A DNA stretch of 64,000 nt from Alphaproteobacteria bacterium. GTDB taxonomy: Bacteria; Pseudomonadota; Alphaproteobacteria; Bin95. Both the position numbers and the translations under genes were made by a program. Below, one piece after another: positions 19,270-29,500 of this stretch (the stretch's first letter is position 1; each line of letters opens with the position of its first letter). The stretch covers positions 224,001-288,000 of the forward strand of contig OZ219786.1 in NCBI GenBank assembly GCA_964291285.2. Reading direction: 5' to 3'. Under the pieces are notes generated by a model. The model was given only the letters and a program-made list of their open reading frames with translations. It was not told the DNA's origin and did no database searches.

Positions 19270-22042
19270 GCATCCCTGGCACAAGGTCGTCACGCCCCGG
19301 CAGGAGGTGCGGGAAGGTCGCTCCTTCAGCCCGGACGAATTCGCCATCGCGCTGGAACAGGTGGTCGCCGGCACGGCGCCGCCCGACTACCGCGACCCGG
19401 CGCAGTTCTTCTCGCGCACCTGCTTCACCCGTGCGCTGACAGACCATGCCGGCATGGTGCTGCGCCGCCTCGCCGGCGAAACGCAGAACACTTCGCCGGT
19501 GCTCACCCTCGTCACCCAGTTCGGCGGCGGCAAGACCCATACCTTGACGGCGCTCTACCATCTCGCCAACGCCGGCGACGGGGTTGCAAGCCTGCCGGGC
19601 GTGTCCGGTCTGCTGGCGGCGGCAGGCGTTTCAAGCCTTCCCGAAGCGCGGGTCGGGGTGTTCGTGGGCAATGCCTGGGATCCCTCCGAAGGCCGCGAGA
19701 CCCCGTGGATCGACTTGGCCCGCCAGCTTGCCGGAGACCGGGGCGTCGCCGCCCTCGGAACGGCGGCGAAGACCACGCCGCCCGGGACCGAGGCTCTCGC
19801 CCGGGTGTTCGCCGTCGCAGAGGCGCCCGTGCTGCTGCTATTCGACGAGGTCCTGAACTTCGTCAACCGCCATCGCGACCGGGCCGAGAGCTTCCACGCC
19901 TTCATCCAGAATCTGACGGTCGCCGTCACCGGGGCCGCCGGGGCGGCGGCGGTCATCAGCCTGCCGCGCAGCCAGGTGGAAATGACGGACTGGGACCGCC
20001 AATGGCAGGACCGCATCACCAAGGTGGTGCGCCGCGTCGCCCGCGACCTGATCGCCAATGACGAAGCCGAGATCGGCGACGTGGTGCGCCGGCGGCTGTT
20101 CGAGGACCTCGGCGACGAGCGGATACGCAAGCGAGTTTCGAAGACCTGCGCGGACTGGTGTTTCGAGAGAACCGCCCGCCTGCCTTCAGAATGGATGTCC
20201 GTGGACAGCGCGACCACAGAGACCAGGGCGCGCGAGTTTCTCAGGCGCCGGTTCGAGGCCTGCTATCCCTTCCACCCTTCGACGCTCTCCGTCTTCCGGA
20301 GGAAATGGAGCGCGCTTCCCCAGTTCCAGCAGACCCGCGGTACGCTTGCCATGCTGGCCCAGTGGATCTCCTGGGCGGCGCGCCAGCACTTCCGGCAGGC
20401 GCGGACGGAGCCGTTGATCACGCTCGGTTCGGCGCCGCTGCATGTGCCGGAGTTCCGCGCGGTCGTGCTCGGCCAGTTGGGCGAACAGCGGCTCGATGTG
20501 GCGATAGCCGCCGATCTCGTGGGCGACACGGCCCATGCCCGCGCGCTGGATGCCGACACGAGGGGAGCGCTGCGCGACATTCACCGCCGGGTCGGCGCGG
20601 CCATCCTGTTCGAGTCTTCCGGCGGGCAGGTGGAGAAGGTGGCGCACCTTCCCGAATTGCGCTTCGCCCTGGGTGAACCCGAAGTCGACACCACGTCCGT
20701 CGACAATGCGGCCGGGGCGCTGGAAACAGCGGGGTTCTTCATCCGCAAGATCGGTACGGACGGTTTCCGCATCCATCACCAGGCGACCCTGAAGAAGGTC
20801 GTCAGCGACCGCCGCGCCGCGCTCGACGAAGAAACGGAAATCCGGCCGGCGATCCGCAAGCTGGTGAAGGAAGAATTCGACCGGGGCGCCAGCCTGCCGG
20901 TCGTCCCCTTTCCGGAAGACGGCGCCGCTGTTCCAGACACGCCGCGCCTTGCGCTGGTCGTCGTCGATCCGGAGGCGGAATGGCAGCCCGGACAGCGGAC
21001 AGCGGAGCGGATTGCGCTATGGACAAGGCAGCGGGGCGCTTCGCCGCGGCTTTATCCCGCCTCCCTGGTCTGGTGCGTCAGGAAGCCGGGGCGCGAACTC
21101 AGGGAGCGCGCGGAGCTGTGGCTCGCCTGGCAGCGGGTCTCCCGCGAGGTGGCCGAAGGCGTGCTCGGCACGGAGTTCGACCGGGCGGATCGGGACGAGG
21201 TGCAGGCCAAGGTCAGGGACGCGGAAAACGCGGCGCGGGACGAGGTGTGGGGCGGCTACCGCTTCGTGGCGCTCGCCGACGCCAGGGCCGAGACAGGACT
21301 CAAGACAATCGATCTCGGCGCGGGGCACAGCAGCGCCAGCGAGACGCTCTGCGGCCGCGTGATCACGGCGCTCAGGACCGAAGCACTGCTCAACGAATCC
21401 GTAGGCGCGGGCTATCTCGACCGCCACTGGCCGCCGGCCTTGAGGGAAAGCGGGGCCTGGCCGCTTACCGGCCTGCGCCAGAGCTTTCTCGACGGGTCGC
21501 TGACCCGGCTCGTCGATCCGGATGCCGTCCTGCGCCGCAAGATCGTCGAATTTGTTGCGAACGGCGACTTCGGCCTCGCATCGGGCACGATGGCGGACGG
21601 CGGGTACGGACGGATCTGGCACGCCGAGCCGGTCGGGGCGGAGGAAGTTGCGTTCGAACCGGACGTGTTCCTGTTGACCAGGGCCCGCAGCGAGGAGATT
21701 CGGGCGGTGGAAGCGCCCGGGCTGCAAACGGCGCCAGACGCCGATACACCGACGCCTCCCAAACCCGGCCCCGACGCCGTGCAGGAGCTCGGGACTGAAA
21801 ACGAACCGCGCGGAAACACCGCACCGGTCCGATTGCGCCTGGCTGGAGTCGTACCGCCGGAAGTCTGGAACCGTCTCGGCACGAAGGTCGTTCCCAGGCT
21901 GCGGGCCGGCAAGGGGCTTGTCGTGGAGGTGAAGTTCGAAGCCGAGATTCCAGCAAACGCTCTCGCCGCCATGGAAGACGACCTCCGGCGAACACTGGAA
22001 GACCTGGACCTGGGGGATACAGTCCGTATCGAACGGCTATAG
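19262..22042 (+). CDS. DUF499 AAA+ ATPase
   Basis: PWHKVVTPR N-terminus, TQFGGGKTH Walker A, LLLFDE Walker B, YPFHP, FQQTRG. Confidence 0.9.
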   Translation: MTRHPWHKVVTPRQEVREGRSFSPDEFAIALEQVVAGTAPPDYRDPAQFFSRTCFTRALTDHAGMVLRRLAGETQNTSPVLTLVTQFGGGKTHTLTALYHLANAGDGVASLPGVSGLLAAAGVSSLPEARVGVFVGNAWDPSEGRETPWIDLARQLAGDRGVAALGTAAKTTPPGTEALARVFAVAEAPVLLLFDEVLNFVNRHRDRAESFHAFIQNLTVAVTGAAGAAAVISLPRSQVEMTDWDRQWQDRITKVVRRVARDLIANDEAEIGDVVRRRLFEDLGDERIRKRVSKTCADWCFERTARLPSEWMSVDSATTETRAREFLRRRFEACYPFHPSTLSVFRRKWSALPQFQQTRGTLAMLAQWISWAARQHFRQARTEPLITLGSAPLHVPEFRAVVLGQLGEQRLDVAIAADLVGDTAHARALDADTRGALRDIHRRVGAAILFESSGGQVEKVAHLPELRFALGEPEVDTTSVDNAAGALETAGFFIRKIGTDGFRIHHQATLKKVVSDRRAALDEETEIRPAIRKLVKEEFDRGASLPVVPFPEDGAAVPDTPRLALVVVDPEAEWQPGQRTAERIALWTRQRGASPRLYPASLVWCVRKPGRELRERAELWLAWQRVSREVAEGVLGTEFDRADRDEVQAKVRDAENAARDEVWGGYRFVALADARAETGLKTIDLGAGHSSASETLCGRVITALRTEALLNESVGAGYLDRHWPPALRESGAWPLTGLRQSFLDGSLTRLVDPDAVLRRKIVEFVANGDFGLASGTMADGGYGRIWHAEPVGAEEVAFEPDVFLLTRARSEEIRAVEAPGLQTAPDADTPTPPKPGPDAVQELGTENEPRGNTAPVRLRLAGVVPPEVWNRLGTKVVPRLRAGKGLVVEVKFEAEIPANALAAMEDDLRRTLEDLDLGDTVRIERL

Positions 22043-22111
22043 GCGCTGGCGGGTGGAAACGGTCGCTCGGGGAATATCGCCGTCCTGCAAGCTCTCCGGC
22101 GAGGAAACAGT

Positions 22112-22882
22112 TCAACCCGCAACACCGGAAACATAGGATGGCTTTCTGGCATCCACGATTCGCATAAGGTGGTTCGCCAGCATGATGACTTCCATGGCCT
22201 CCTGCGGATCGTTCATGTGAACGTCGCGATGGGAATTCGGGTTCTTGTATGCGCCGATCGCCCCAGAGAAAAGCTGCATTCGTGCTGCCTTTTCATCCTT
22301 TCCCATATCCATGTCGGTCAGAACCCCTCCCTCGGGTTTGAATGCTTCCTGCATGAGAACGCGGCCGATACAAGTATCAGGGAGGCGGGTGGCTTCCCGG
22401 ACGAAAACTTCGACGCCCTTCATGGCTTGAAATACGGCGACATCGAAGTCACCACGGACGAATGCACACCACACCTTGTCCGCAATCCGGGGATGGAGAA
22501 CCTCTTTTGGGAGAATTCGCGCAACTCTGGAGTTTGCAAATTCCGTTTCATCTTCGTATTGATGTGCCCGTCGACTCAGGATGCGGAAACCGTGTTGACC
22601 ATTCCTGTCAGGGCTCGGGATGAGCATCCCCTGCGCCTCCAGCCATGCCCAAGCCTCACAAATGGCGACCTTTATCTCTTCTTCGTGTTCCTCGACAGAC
22701 CAAAAATCGGATACGCGGTTTCCAGTTACTGTCATGCCGTTCAAGAAATTGCCAAGATGCACCGACTTGTCGCCTTTCTTGATCCGTTGACGCAGCACAA
22801 ACAACAGCTTCGCGCCGAGTTCCTCCGGTTCCAGGGCCAGAAACTGTTCAGTATCTGGTATTCTTTCCGCGAGTTCCCGCAT
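22112..22882 (-). CDS. TIGR02391 (Ymh-like) family protein
   Basis: LHPRI...AVFQAMKGVEVFVR...LFSGAIGAYKNPNSH; AAGGAAG RBS; GC clearly lower than its flanks. Confidence 0.8.
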   Translation of the reverse strand: MRELAERIPDTEQFLALEPEELGAKLLFVLRQRIKKGDKSVHLGNFLNGMTVTGNRVSDFWSVEEHEEEIKVAICEAWAWLEAQGMLIPSPDRNGQHGFRILSRRAHQYEDETEFANSRVARILPKEVLHPRIADKVWCAFVRGDFDVAVFQAMKGVEVFVREATRLPDTCIGRVLMQEAFKPEGGVLTDMDMGKDEKAARMQLFSGAIGAYKNPNSHRDVHMNDPQEAMEVIMLANHLMRIVDARKPSYVSGVAG

Positions 22883-22960
22883 TGCTCTTCCTTTTTTCAA
22901 CGAAGAGGCGGTTGCGTTGCTCTGCCGGCTGTTCGCGCCCGAAGACTCGGGAGAGGCGCC

Positions 22961-23407
22961 GTGAGGCGCCCGCGCTCCGGGGTGAAGAAGATCGTGCGGT
23001 CCTTTTCCTGCACGGACCTGCAGCGCGACGAGATCGCCACGCGCGCGGCCGCGGCCGGCATGAACCTCTCGCCCTACGTGATCGAGTGCGGCCTGACGGT
23101 CGAACTCGACGCTGCCGAAGACGGGGCCGGCCCGTTGCCGTCGCTTGCCCTCGGCCGGGAGGAACAGCGCCGGCTGCACGACCGCGTCGCCGGGATCGCG
23201 GAACGCTGGCTGGGTCCGGCCGCGCCCGATCCGGCGGGCATGGCGGACCTGCCGGCGGTGCTCGGCGTGCTGCTCGAACGGCTCATGACCGACATGGTCG
23301 AGATGGGGCATGAAGAGCGGATGCGCCGCCTGCTGCTGGATGCCTTCGGCGAGGCCCGGGGCTCGGAGCTTGCCCGCCGGTATGCGGACAAGGCGCGCCG
23401 CCGCTGA
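22961..23407 (+). CDS. RHH protein, MobC/NikA-like
   Basis: VRSFSCTDLQRDEIATRAAAAGMNLSPYVIECGL pattern; GGAGAGG RBS before GTG. Confidence 0.6.
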   Translation: MRRPRSGVKKIVRSFSCTDLQRDEIATRAAAAGMNLSPYVIECGLTVELDAAEDGAGPLPSLALGREEQRRLHDRVAGIAERWLGPAAPDPAGMADLPAVLGVLLERLMTDMVEMGHEERMRRLLLDAFGEARGSELARRYADKARRR

Positions 23408-23618
23408 GCCTCGCACGGACATGCGAAAGGAAGGCGGCGGACGGGAAACGGGACGGCGCCCCCGGTGGCGCCCGCGCGGATTTCCCCGCAATGAAGACAG
23501 GCGCGGGACCGGGTACAAGAATAAACGCCCCGGACCGGAGTCGGGGCGACGTGCTGAACGTACAAAGGAAAAGCCCCGGAACCCGCAGGCCCCGGGGCGT
23601 AGTGGCGATGACGATGCC

Positions 23619-24032
23619 TCAGGCGGCGAGGTCCATCTCGTATGCTTCCGGGGGCGGCGCCGGCGGCCGGTTGTCGGCCCGCTCCGGCCTGGGGTCGAGG
23701 AAGTTGATTGCGCCGCGCGGGCCGACCAGGATCTCGGTGGTATAGCGGTCGTTGCCGTCGCGGTCCTTCCACTTCCGGGTGCGCAGCTTGCCGGTGACGT
23801 GCGCCTGGCGGCCCTTGGCGGCGTGCTTGCGCAGCATGGCCACCAGGCCCTCCTGGAAGACGGTGACCCGGTGCCACTCGGTCTGCTGCCTGTATTCCCC
23901 GGACTGCCTGTCCCGGTAGCCTTCGTTGGTGGCGATGCTGAAATTGGCGACTTCGCCGCCGCCGGGGAGGCTGCGGAACTCGGGGTCCGCGCCCAGATTG
24001 CCGATGAGGTCGACGCGATTGAGACCGTTCAT
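23619..24032 (-). CDS. ssb: Single-stranded DNA-binding protein (2nd copy)
   Basis: MNGLNRVDLIGNLGADPE...ATNE...TEWHRV...GKLRTRKW...YTTEI; AGGAG RBS; lacks the IPF tip. Confidence 0.92.
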   Translation of the reverse strand: MNGLNRVDLIGNLGADPEFRSLPGGGEVANFSIATNEGYRDRQSGEYRQQTEWHRVTVFQEGLVAMLRKHAAKGRQAHVTGKLRTRKWKDRDGNDRYTTEILVGPRGAINFLDPRPERADNRPPAPPPEAYEMDLAA

Positions 24033-24075
24033 GATGCTTGCTCCTTGCAAGGGTTTGATTGCGAGCCGTTGCAAC

Positions 24076-24105
24076 TCACCCCGAACAACCCTTTCCCGAC
24101 CTTCG
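24076..24105 (-). promoter_or_regulatory. Conserved upstream motif, copy before ssb
   Basis: tcaccccgaacaaccctttcccgaccttcg, 28/30 identical to 26061-26090. Confidence 0.75.
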
Positions 24106-24250
24106 CGGCGTCGATGCCAGCGCAGGCCGGGGCAGGGAAAGCGGGGAGCGGGATGCCGGGCGAAGGACGCTGCGGAACTCACCCGGCGGGCGGGGCGAAG
24201 GGGGCGCGGACGGAGCGATGCCGCCCGCACCCGGGTCCCCGCCATTGCCG

Positions 24251-24565
24251 TCAGCGGGGGAACCGGCTCCGCTCCAGCATATGGCCCCAGATTGCGGAAC
24301 TGCCCCAATATTGCACCCCCGAGTCGGCCCTCTTCTCGCCCTTGCAGATCAGGATCTCGTTGCGCGCGGGGCGCAGCTCGCGGACGGTCTCCAGCGACAG
24401 GGTCAGCGGACGGCCCTTGCCGCCCGGCAGCCGGCGGATGTCACCGTCGATGCCGGTGCGGTACCGCTCGACCACATAGTGGTCGTCCTGCAGGCCGCGT
24501 CCGAACACGTGGACCAGAAAGCTGTTCGCACCGGGGCGGAAGGCGGACGCATTGGTGGCGGGCAT
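24251..24565 (-). CDS. Small hypothetical protein, paralog of 3265-3597
   Basis: SFLVHVFGRGLQDDHYVVERYR...GDIR...RPARNEILICKG...QYWGS; AGGAG RBS. Confidence 0.7.
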   Translation of the reverse strand: MPATNASAFRPGANSFLVHVFGRGLQDDHYVVERYRTGIDGDIRRLPGGKGRPLTLSLETVRELRPARNEILICKGEKRADSGVQYWGSSAIWGHMLERSRFPR

Positions 24566-24636
24566 GTCGATAGTCTCCTGTTGGAGGAAGGGGAGCGGGA
24601 GCCGGCCGCCCGGCCACCCGCAGGGATCGCATCGAA

Positions 24637-24688
24637 AACCCTTTCCCCACCTTCTTCCGGCGTCGATACCGCCAGGGTGGGGAAAGGG
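24637..24688 (-). promoter_or_regulatory. Conserved upstream motif within a 13-bp perfect hairpin
   Basis: aaccctttccccaccttc shared with 26072-26089; ccctttccccacc (24639-24651) pairs with ggtggggaaaggg (24676-24688). Confidence 0.75.
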
Positions 24689-24700
24689 AAAACGAGAGCG

Positions 24701-25996
24701 TCAGCGGCCGGCGAATACGGCCGGGCCGGCGTCGGTGACGATCTCGACGTCGTCGAGCGAGAGCTTCGCAAAGGCGAGCGCGGCGGCTACCTCCATTGGA
24801 GTCTCCCAGGTGCCGTGATCAGAGTTGTCGGCAATCCCGATCACGGTGTATCGCGTCGGCAGGTCGGGCATGCCGCGATACGCGTAGCTGCGCTGCCGGT
24901 CGCGGCAGGGGCCGCACTCCCGCATGAGGGGCTCGGGCTCGCGGACGCCGCAGCGGGGACAGAGCCCGGCAGACTGGCGCTCGCGGGTTACCGCATGGTA
25001 GCGGCGGCGGTCGGTGGCAAGGCGCGCCTCGCGGCAGTCCGAGCAGGAATGGGACCCGGGGTCGGGAGGCCGCCTCGTGCAGTGGACACAGACGCCTCGC
25101 GCTTGGGCCTCGGCGATTCTGCGATGCCATCTCGCGCGCTCGGCGGCGCGGCGCTCGTTCCGGCAAGGCGCACATACGGTCGACCCCTCGGCGGGGGAGG
25201 TCTTGCCGCAGCGGATACAAAGCCCTTGGGAGATCCGGGCGAGGGTCCTGCGGTTGTACCGGTCCAGTTCGACGGCCAGACAGGCGTCGCAGGCCAGGCG
25301 CCCGGGCGCGGCGGGTTCCCGGCCGCAATCCACACACAATCCGACGGAGCGGCGGGCATCCCGGCGGCGTCTGGCGGCCTCCCGGTCGCGTTTGGCGGGC
25401 AGCGGCCCGCAGTCCGGGCAGCGGCGGCTGCCGGGAACCGGCGGGGCCTTGCCGCACTCGATGCAGAGCGAGCGGTCGGCCTGCCGGCGGCGGCGGTCGA
25501 TCCGGGCGCGGTAGGTCCGGCGGCGCGCGGCGAGGCAGTCGTCGCAGCACGCATTGCCTTCGGCGGGTGCCCTGTTTCCGCACTGTACGCAGAGGCCGGC
25601 CTGGCGCCGTTCCTCCTTGCGCTCCTGCAGGCGCCGGCGGCTGAGCGCGAGATGTTTCCCGTTGCAGGCGTCGCAAAGCCGTCGGCGGGGTTTCTCGGGC
25701 GTGACGCCGCATTCCTGGCAGAGGCCCCGGTTGCTTCGCAGCAGCCGGCGTTTGCGGGCGGCCTTCCGGTCGCTGGCGCGGCGGTGCTCCTGGCATTCCG
25801 GGCAGTATTTGGCCCCGTCGGGCGGGGAAACCTTGCCGCAGTTGAGGCAAAGGCCGCACGCGGCAAGCCGGTCCCGGGCGCGCGAGGCATTGGACCGCCG
25901 GGCGGGCGCGGCCCCGGTGGCGTTGCCGGAACTGGCCCTGAAGCAATGGAAGCCCGCTGCTTCGGGAGGCGGATGACGGGGGGCAGAAGCCGGCAT
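24701..25996 (-). CDS. Tandem C4 zinc-finger-like repeat protein (8 units) with conserved C-terminal domain
   Basis: Eight GLCxxCG-x10-CxxC-like units with an Arg-rich helix, ~39-43 aa period; C-terminus TVI...HGxxxxPxxVAxxLAFxKLxxxxVEIVxDA shared with 3685-4743. Confidence 0.85.
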   Translation of the reverse strand: MPASAPRHPPPEAAGFHCFRASSGNATGAAPARRSNASRARDRLAACGLCLNCGKVSPPDGAKYCPECQEHRRASDRKAARKRRLLRSNRGLCQECGVTPEKPRRRLCDACNGKHLALSRRRLQERKEERRQAGLCVQCGNRAPAEGNACCDDCLAARRRTYRARIDRRRRQADRSLCIECGKAPPVPGSRRCPDCGPLPAKRDREAARRRRDARRSVGLCVDCGREPAAPGRLACDACLAVELDRYNRRTLARISQGLCIRCGKTSPAEGSTVCAPCRNERRAAERARWHRRIAEAQARGVCVHCTRRPPDPGSHSCSDCREARLATDRRRYHAVTRERQSAGLCPRCGVREPEPLMRECGPCRDRQRSYAYRGMPDLPTRYTVIGIADNSDHGTWETPMEVAAALAFAKLSLDDVEIVTDAGPAVFAGR

Positions 25997-26060
25997 GGGC
26001 GACATCTCCTGCTGGCGGAACGGGCGCGGGGGCCGGTCGCACGGACGCCCCCCGCGAAAA

Positions 26061-26090
26061 TCACCCCGACCAACCCTTTCCCCACCTTCG
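26061..26090 (-). promoter_or_regulatory. Conserved upstream motif, copy before Zn-repeat gene
   Basis: tcaccccgaccaaccctttccccaccttcg. Confidence 0.75.
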
Positions 26091-26379
26091 GACGGACAGG
26101 CCGGACGGCGGCGTTCGCCGGGAACGGCCGGCGGCGACGCCCGGCCGGCCGCGCGGGAGAGAACCGCTGCGGTCCGGATGGGGCGCGGATCGGGACGCCG
26201 GAAGTCGGCCCGCCGCCGTTTCGGCTGCCCCGGCGGCCGGCGCTCCGGGCCGCCGTACCGGGAACCGCCGGCGGGCCTTCCCCCGGAGTCGTGGACGGAG
26301 GGGCGGAAACGGCGTCGGCGGAGAACCGCCTCGGCGTCGTCGATCCGGTTACCGGGTTACCGCTCGGCCTGCCCTGTGC

Positions 26380-26525
26380 GGTCGCGCGGGCGGCGAAGCG
26401 GGGCCGGGGGCGGGCATGAACGCCTCGCCCTTCGTCATCGGATGCGGGCCGACGGCCGGCCCCGACCGGCCGGGAAGAGCGCGTGCGCCGTCTGCTGCCG
26501 GACGCTTTCGGCGAGCCCGCCGCCG
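26380..26525 (+). pseudogene. Degenerate, internally deleted copy of the RHH gene at 22961-23407
   Basis: ggcatgaacgcctcgcccttcgtcatcgg..tgcgg resembles 23057-23095; gaagagcg.gtgcgccgtctgctgccggacgctttcggcgag resembles 23312-23353. Confidence 0.65.
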
Positions 26526-26532
26526 CCGGGCC

Positions 26533-29500
26533 TCACACCGAGATGCCGCCGCCCGGGCCGATATCGCGGGAGAGGCCCTGCTGCCGGGCCGGGTCGCGGA
26601 CGCGGAGGTGGATCTCGAGCCTCCGGCGGGCGCCGGGGTCCAGTTCGGGACGGTCCAGCATCCGCTTTGCCTCCTCGACCACCTGCCTCAGCTCCGGGAC
26701 GTTCAGGCGGGAGTTCTCGAGCCGGGGCGCGAACGCGGTCCAGGCCGCGTCGGTCTCCAGCGCCCGGGCGAGCCTTCCGCTGTCCCGCCCGATGTCCCCG
26801 CGCGCGCCCTCGATACGGTCCAGGTGGGGCGCGTAGCGCGTCCCGGCGAGGACCCGGTCCGCCCTCCCGCAGAGCCGCGCGGCTTCGTCCGCCCAGGCCC
26901 TGTAGCCCGTCCCCTCTTCCGTCACGCTCCGGCGCTGCTCCGCGGCGAGGTCCGACAGCTGCCGGCGCAGGTCCAGCGAGAAGCGGAGTTCCACGACGAG
27001 GTTCTCCACCTCCGCCTTCGCCGCCGCCGCCGCGTCATGCTGCGCGACCAGCCGCTCCAGCAGGGCGCGGGCCTCGGCGTCGAGGTCCGGCTCGGCCGCG
27101 AGCAGCCGCATGCTCCAGACGACCTCCTCATTGCCCTCGCGGTAGAACAGCGGCGTGCCGGTATCCCGCGTCACGACCTTCCGCCTCTTCCGCAGGCAGG
27201 CGGCATGGCGCCGGTCGAGGGAGACCGCGCCTTGCAGCGACTTGCGGTCCCGGGCAATGCCGTCGCGCAGCTCGGGCAGGGCGCCGGCATGGGCGAACGA
27301 GCCGTCTTCGTCCGGAAGGCCCCGCGCCTCCTCCAGAAGCCCGCCGGCCTCCTCCCGCCAGGCCTCCAGTGCAGGAAGCACGGAATAGACCGCCCTGTTC
27401 TCTCCGGCCCCGTCGATCAGGCGCTCGCGCTTTTCCACGCACTCCCGCAGCTTCGCGGCGAGCGGTTCGGCCGCGGCCTTCGCGGCGGCGATGGCGTCGC
27501 GCTCAGCGATCAGGTCCGACAGCTTTCGGCGGAGCGCCGCGTCGAGATGCGCCAACTCCAGCACCCCGGCCATGCGCAGCAGGACCCCGTCGCGGTCTTC
27601 GGCATGGAACCAGTGCGTGCCGGCCTCGTCGGCGCGCGCCTCCAGCTCCTCCCACTCGTCCAGGACGGCGAACGCGGCATCGTCGGCGTCGAGGACGGCG
27701 TGCAGTTCCGCGCCCGCCCCGGCGATCCCGTCGCGGAGCGCGGGCGCGGCGTCCAGATGGGGACGGTAGCGCTCCTCCTCCGCCGCGATCCCGTCCGCCT
27801 CCCTGCGAAGCCGGGATGCATCGTCCCGCCAGATGCGGTAGTTGCCGGCTCCCTCGCCGGCCGGATCGAACTGGATGCGCCGCACCGCGAGCGCCGTGCG
27901 CATCCCGTCATCCAGCCCGTCGAGCGTGGCGCGCGCCTTTCCCGCCGCCTCATGCGCCTCCGCCGCGCGCTCCGCCTCGGCCGCGACGCCCGCCGCCACC
28001 CCGGGGGTCCGGCCCAGTTCCGCGAGCTGCTCGACCGCGTCCGCGCATCCCTCCACATAGAACGGGATCGTGTTCTGCCGCCGCGCCTCTTCCTCCAGCG
28101 CGCGCCAGGCCGAGAGGTCCGGCCACAGCGCCTCGCGCGCCGGGATCGGCAGGGGCGCCGGCGGGGCGATCTCCTCGCCCACCGCCTCCAGCGCCGTCAT
28201 GGCCGTGCCCGCATGCGCCTCCAGCGCCTCGACAAGGTCCTCGCGGTTGTCGGTCAGCACCACCGCATTGTCCCGCGCCCGGCTGATCCCGACATAGAAT
28301 GCCGCCCGGTCCACGGGCAGGCCATGGCCGGAGTCCAGCACCACGATCGCATTGTCGCGGGTCGTGCCCTGCGCCGCATGCAGGGTCGCGCTCCAGGCAT
28401 GGTCCACATGGCGCAGCTGCGGATCGTCCCTGCGCATGGACAGGGTGCGGCCGTCCTCGATACCGATCTTTACCAGCCGGGAGCCGATGGCGAGTACCGC
28501 CGCGTCGCCGCCATTGAAAAGGCCGCGCGCCCTGTCGTTGCGCGTCCAGCGGATGCGGTCGCCCGCCTGGAGGCGGATCGGGCGCGTCTCGTAGGCCTCG
28601 TAGCGGTAGCGGACCGGCTTCGACGGGTCGATCCGGCGCGGGCGCCCGTCGGGATGCTCCAGCAGCACTCGGCCGCCCTCGGCTCCCGTCACCGTGCAGG
28701 CGTCGTCCGCCTTCACCCGGAACCGGTAGAGGTCGTTGTGGAACACCAGCACGTCGCCGGGGCGGTAGTTGGCGACATCCGCCTTCTGCGCGCGCGTCAG
28801 CCCGAGGCCGACAAGCCGGTCGATCTCCAGCACCCGCCCGTGCAGCAGGCCTTCGTCGCGCAGCCCCTCGCGCACCGCCTCGTTGATGTCCTCCCGGAGC
28901 GCATGCGTCGGCGCCATTATCGCCGTCCGGGCGCGCGCCTCCGGGTGCAGCGAGAGCCAGAGCCGGGCGGCCGCCTCGCCGAGCTCGTCCGACTCAGCCT
29001 CGTGGACATTGCCGCCGAGCCGCTCCATGGCCTCGGCAGGCTCGCCCTCCCGGATGGCCGTTACCGCCTCGCGCAGGTCGAGGTCGCGCTGGCGCAACAC
29101 CTCGTCCATGCGCGCCGTCGCCATGCCCGCCTGCTGGAGCTGCCGGAACGGCTGCCCGGCCTCCACCGAACGCAGCTGCCCGGTGTCGCCGACCAGCGCC
29201 AGGCGCGCGATGCCGATCCGCTCGGCGATCCGCATCAGCTGGCGCATCTGCGCCGAACTCACCATCGAGGCCTCGTCCACCGCCAGCACCGCGCCGCCGA
29301 ACGCAAGCCGCGCCTCGGCCAGCCGTTCCGGCCCCGCAATCCGGTCGCCGATGTCCCGGTGGCGCGCGAGGAACCACTGCAGCGTCCGCGCCGGGATGCC
29401 CGCCTCCCGCTCCAGCGCCCGCACCGCCGCCATCGACGGCGCCAGCCCCACCACCTTGCGCTCTCCGGCAAGCCGGGCCGTCTCGCGCAGCATGACCGTC

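Noticed and set aside
22112-23518. 468-aa minus ORF and 412-aa plus ORF as listed in the track
   Set aside because: Each joins a real gene to the antisense of its divergent neighbour; re-called as 22112-22882 (-) and 22961-23407 (+).
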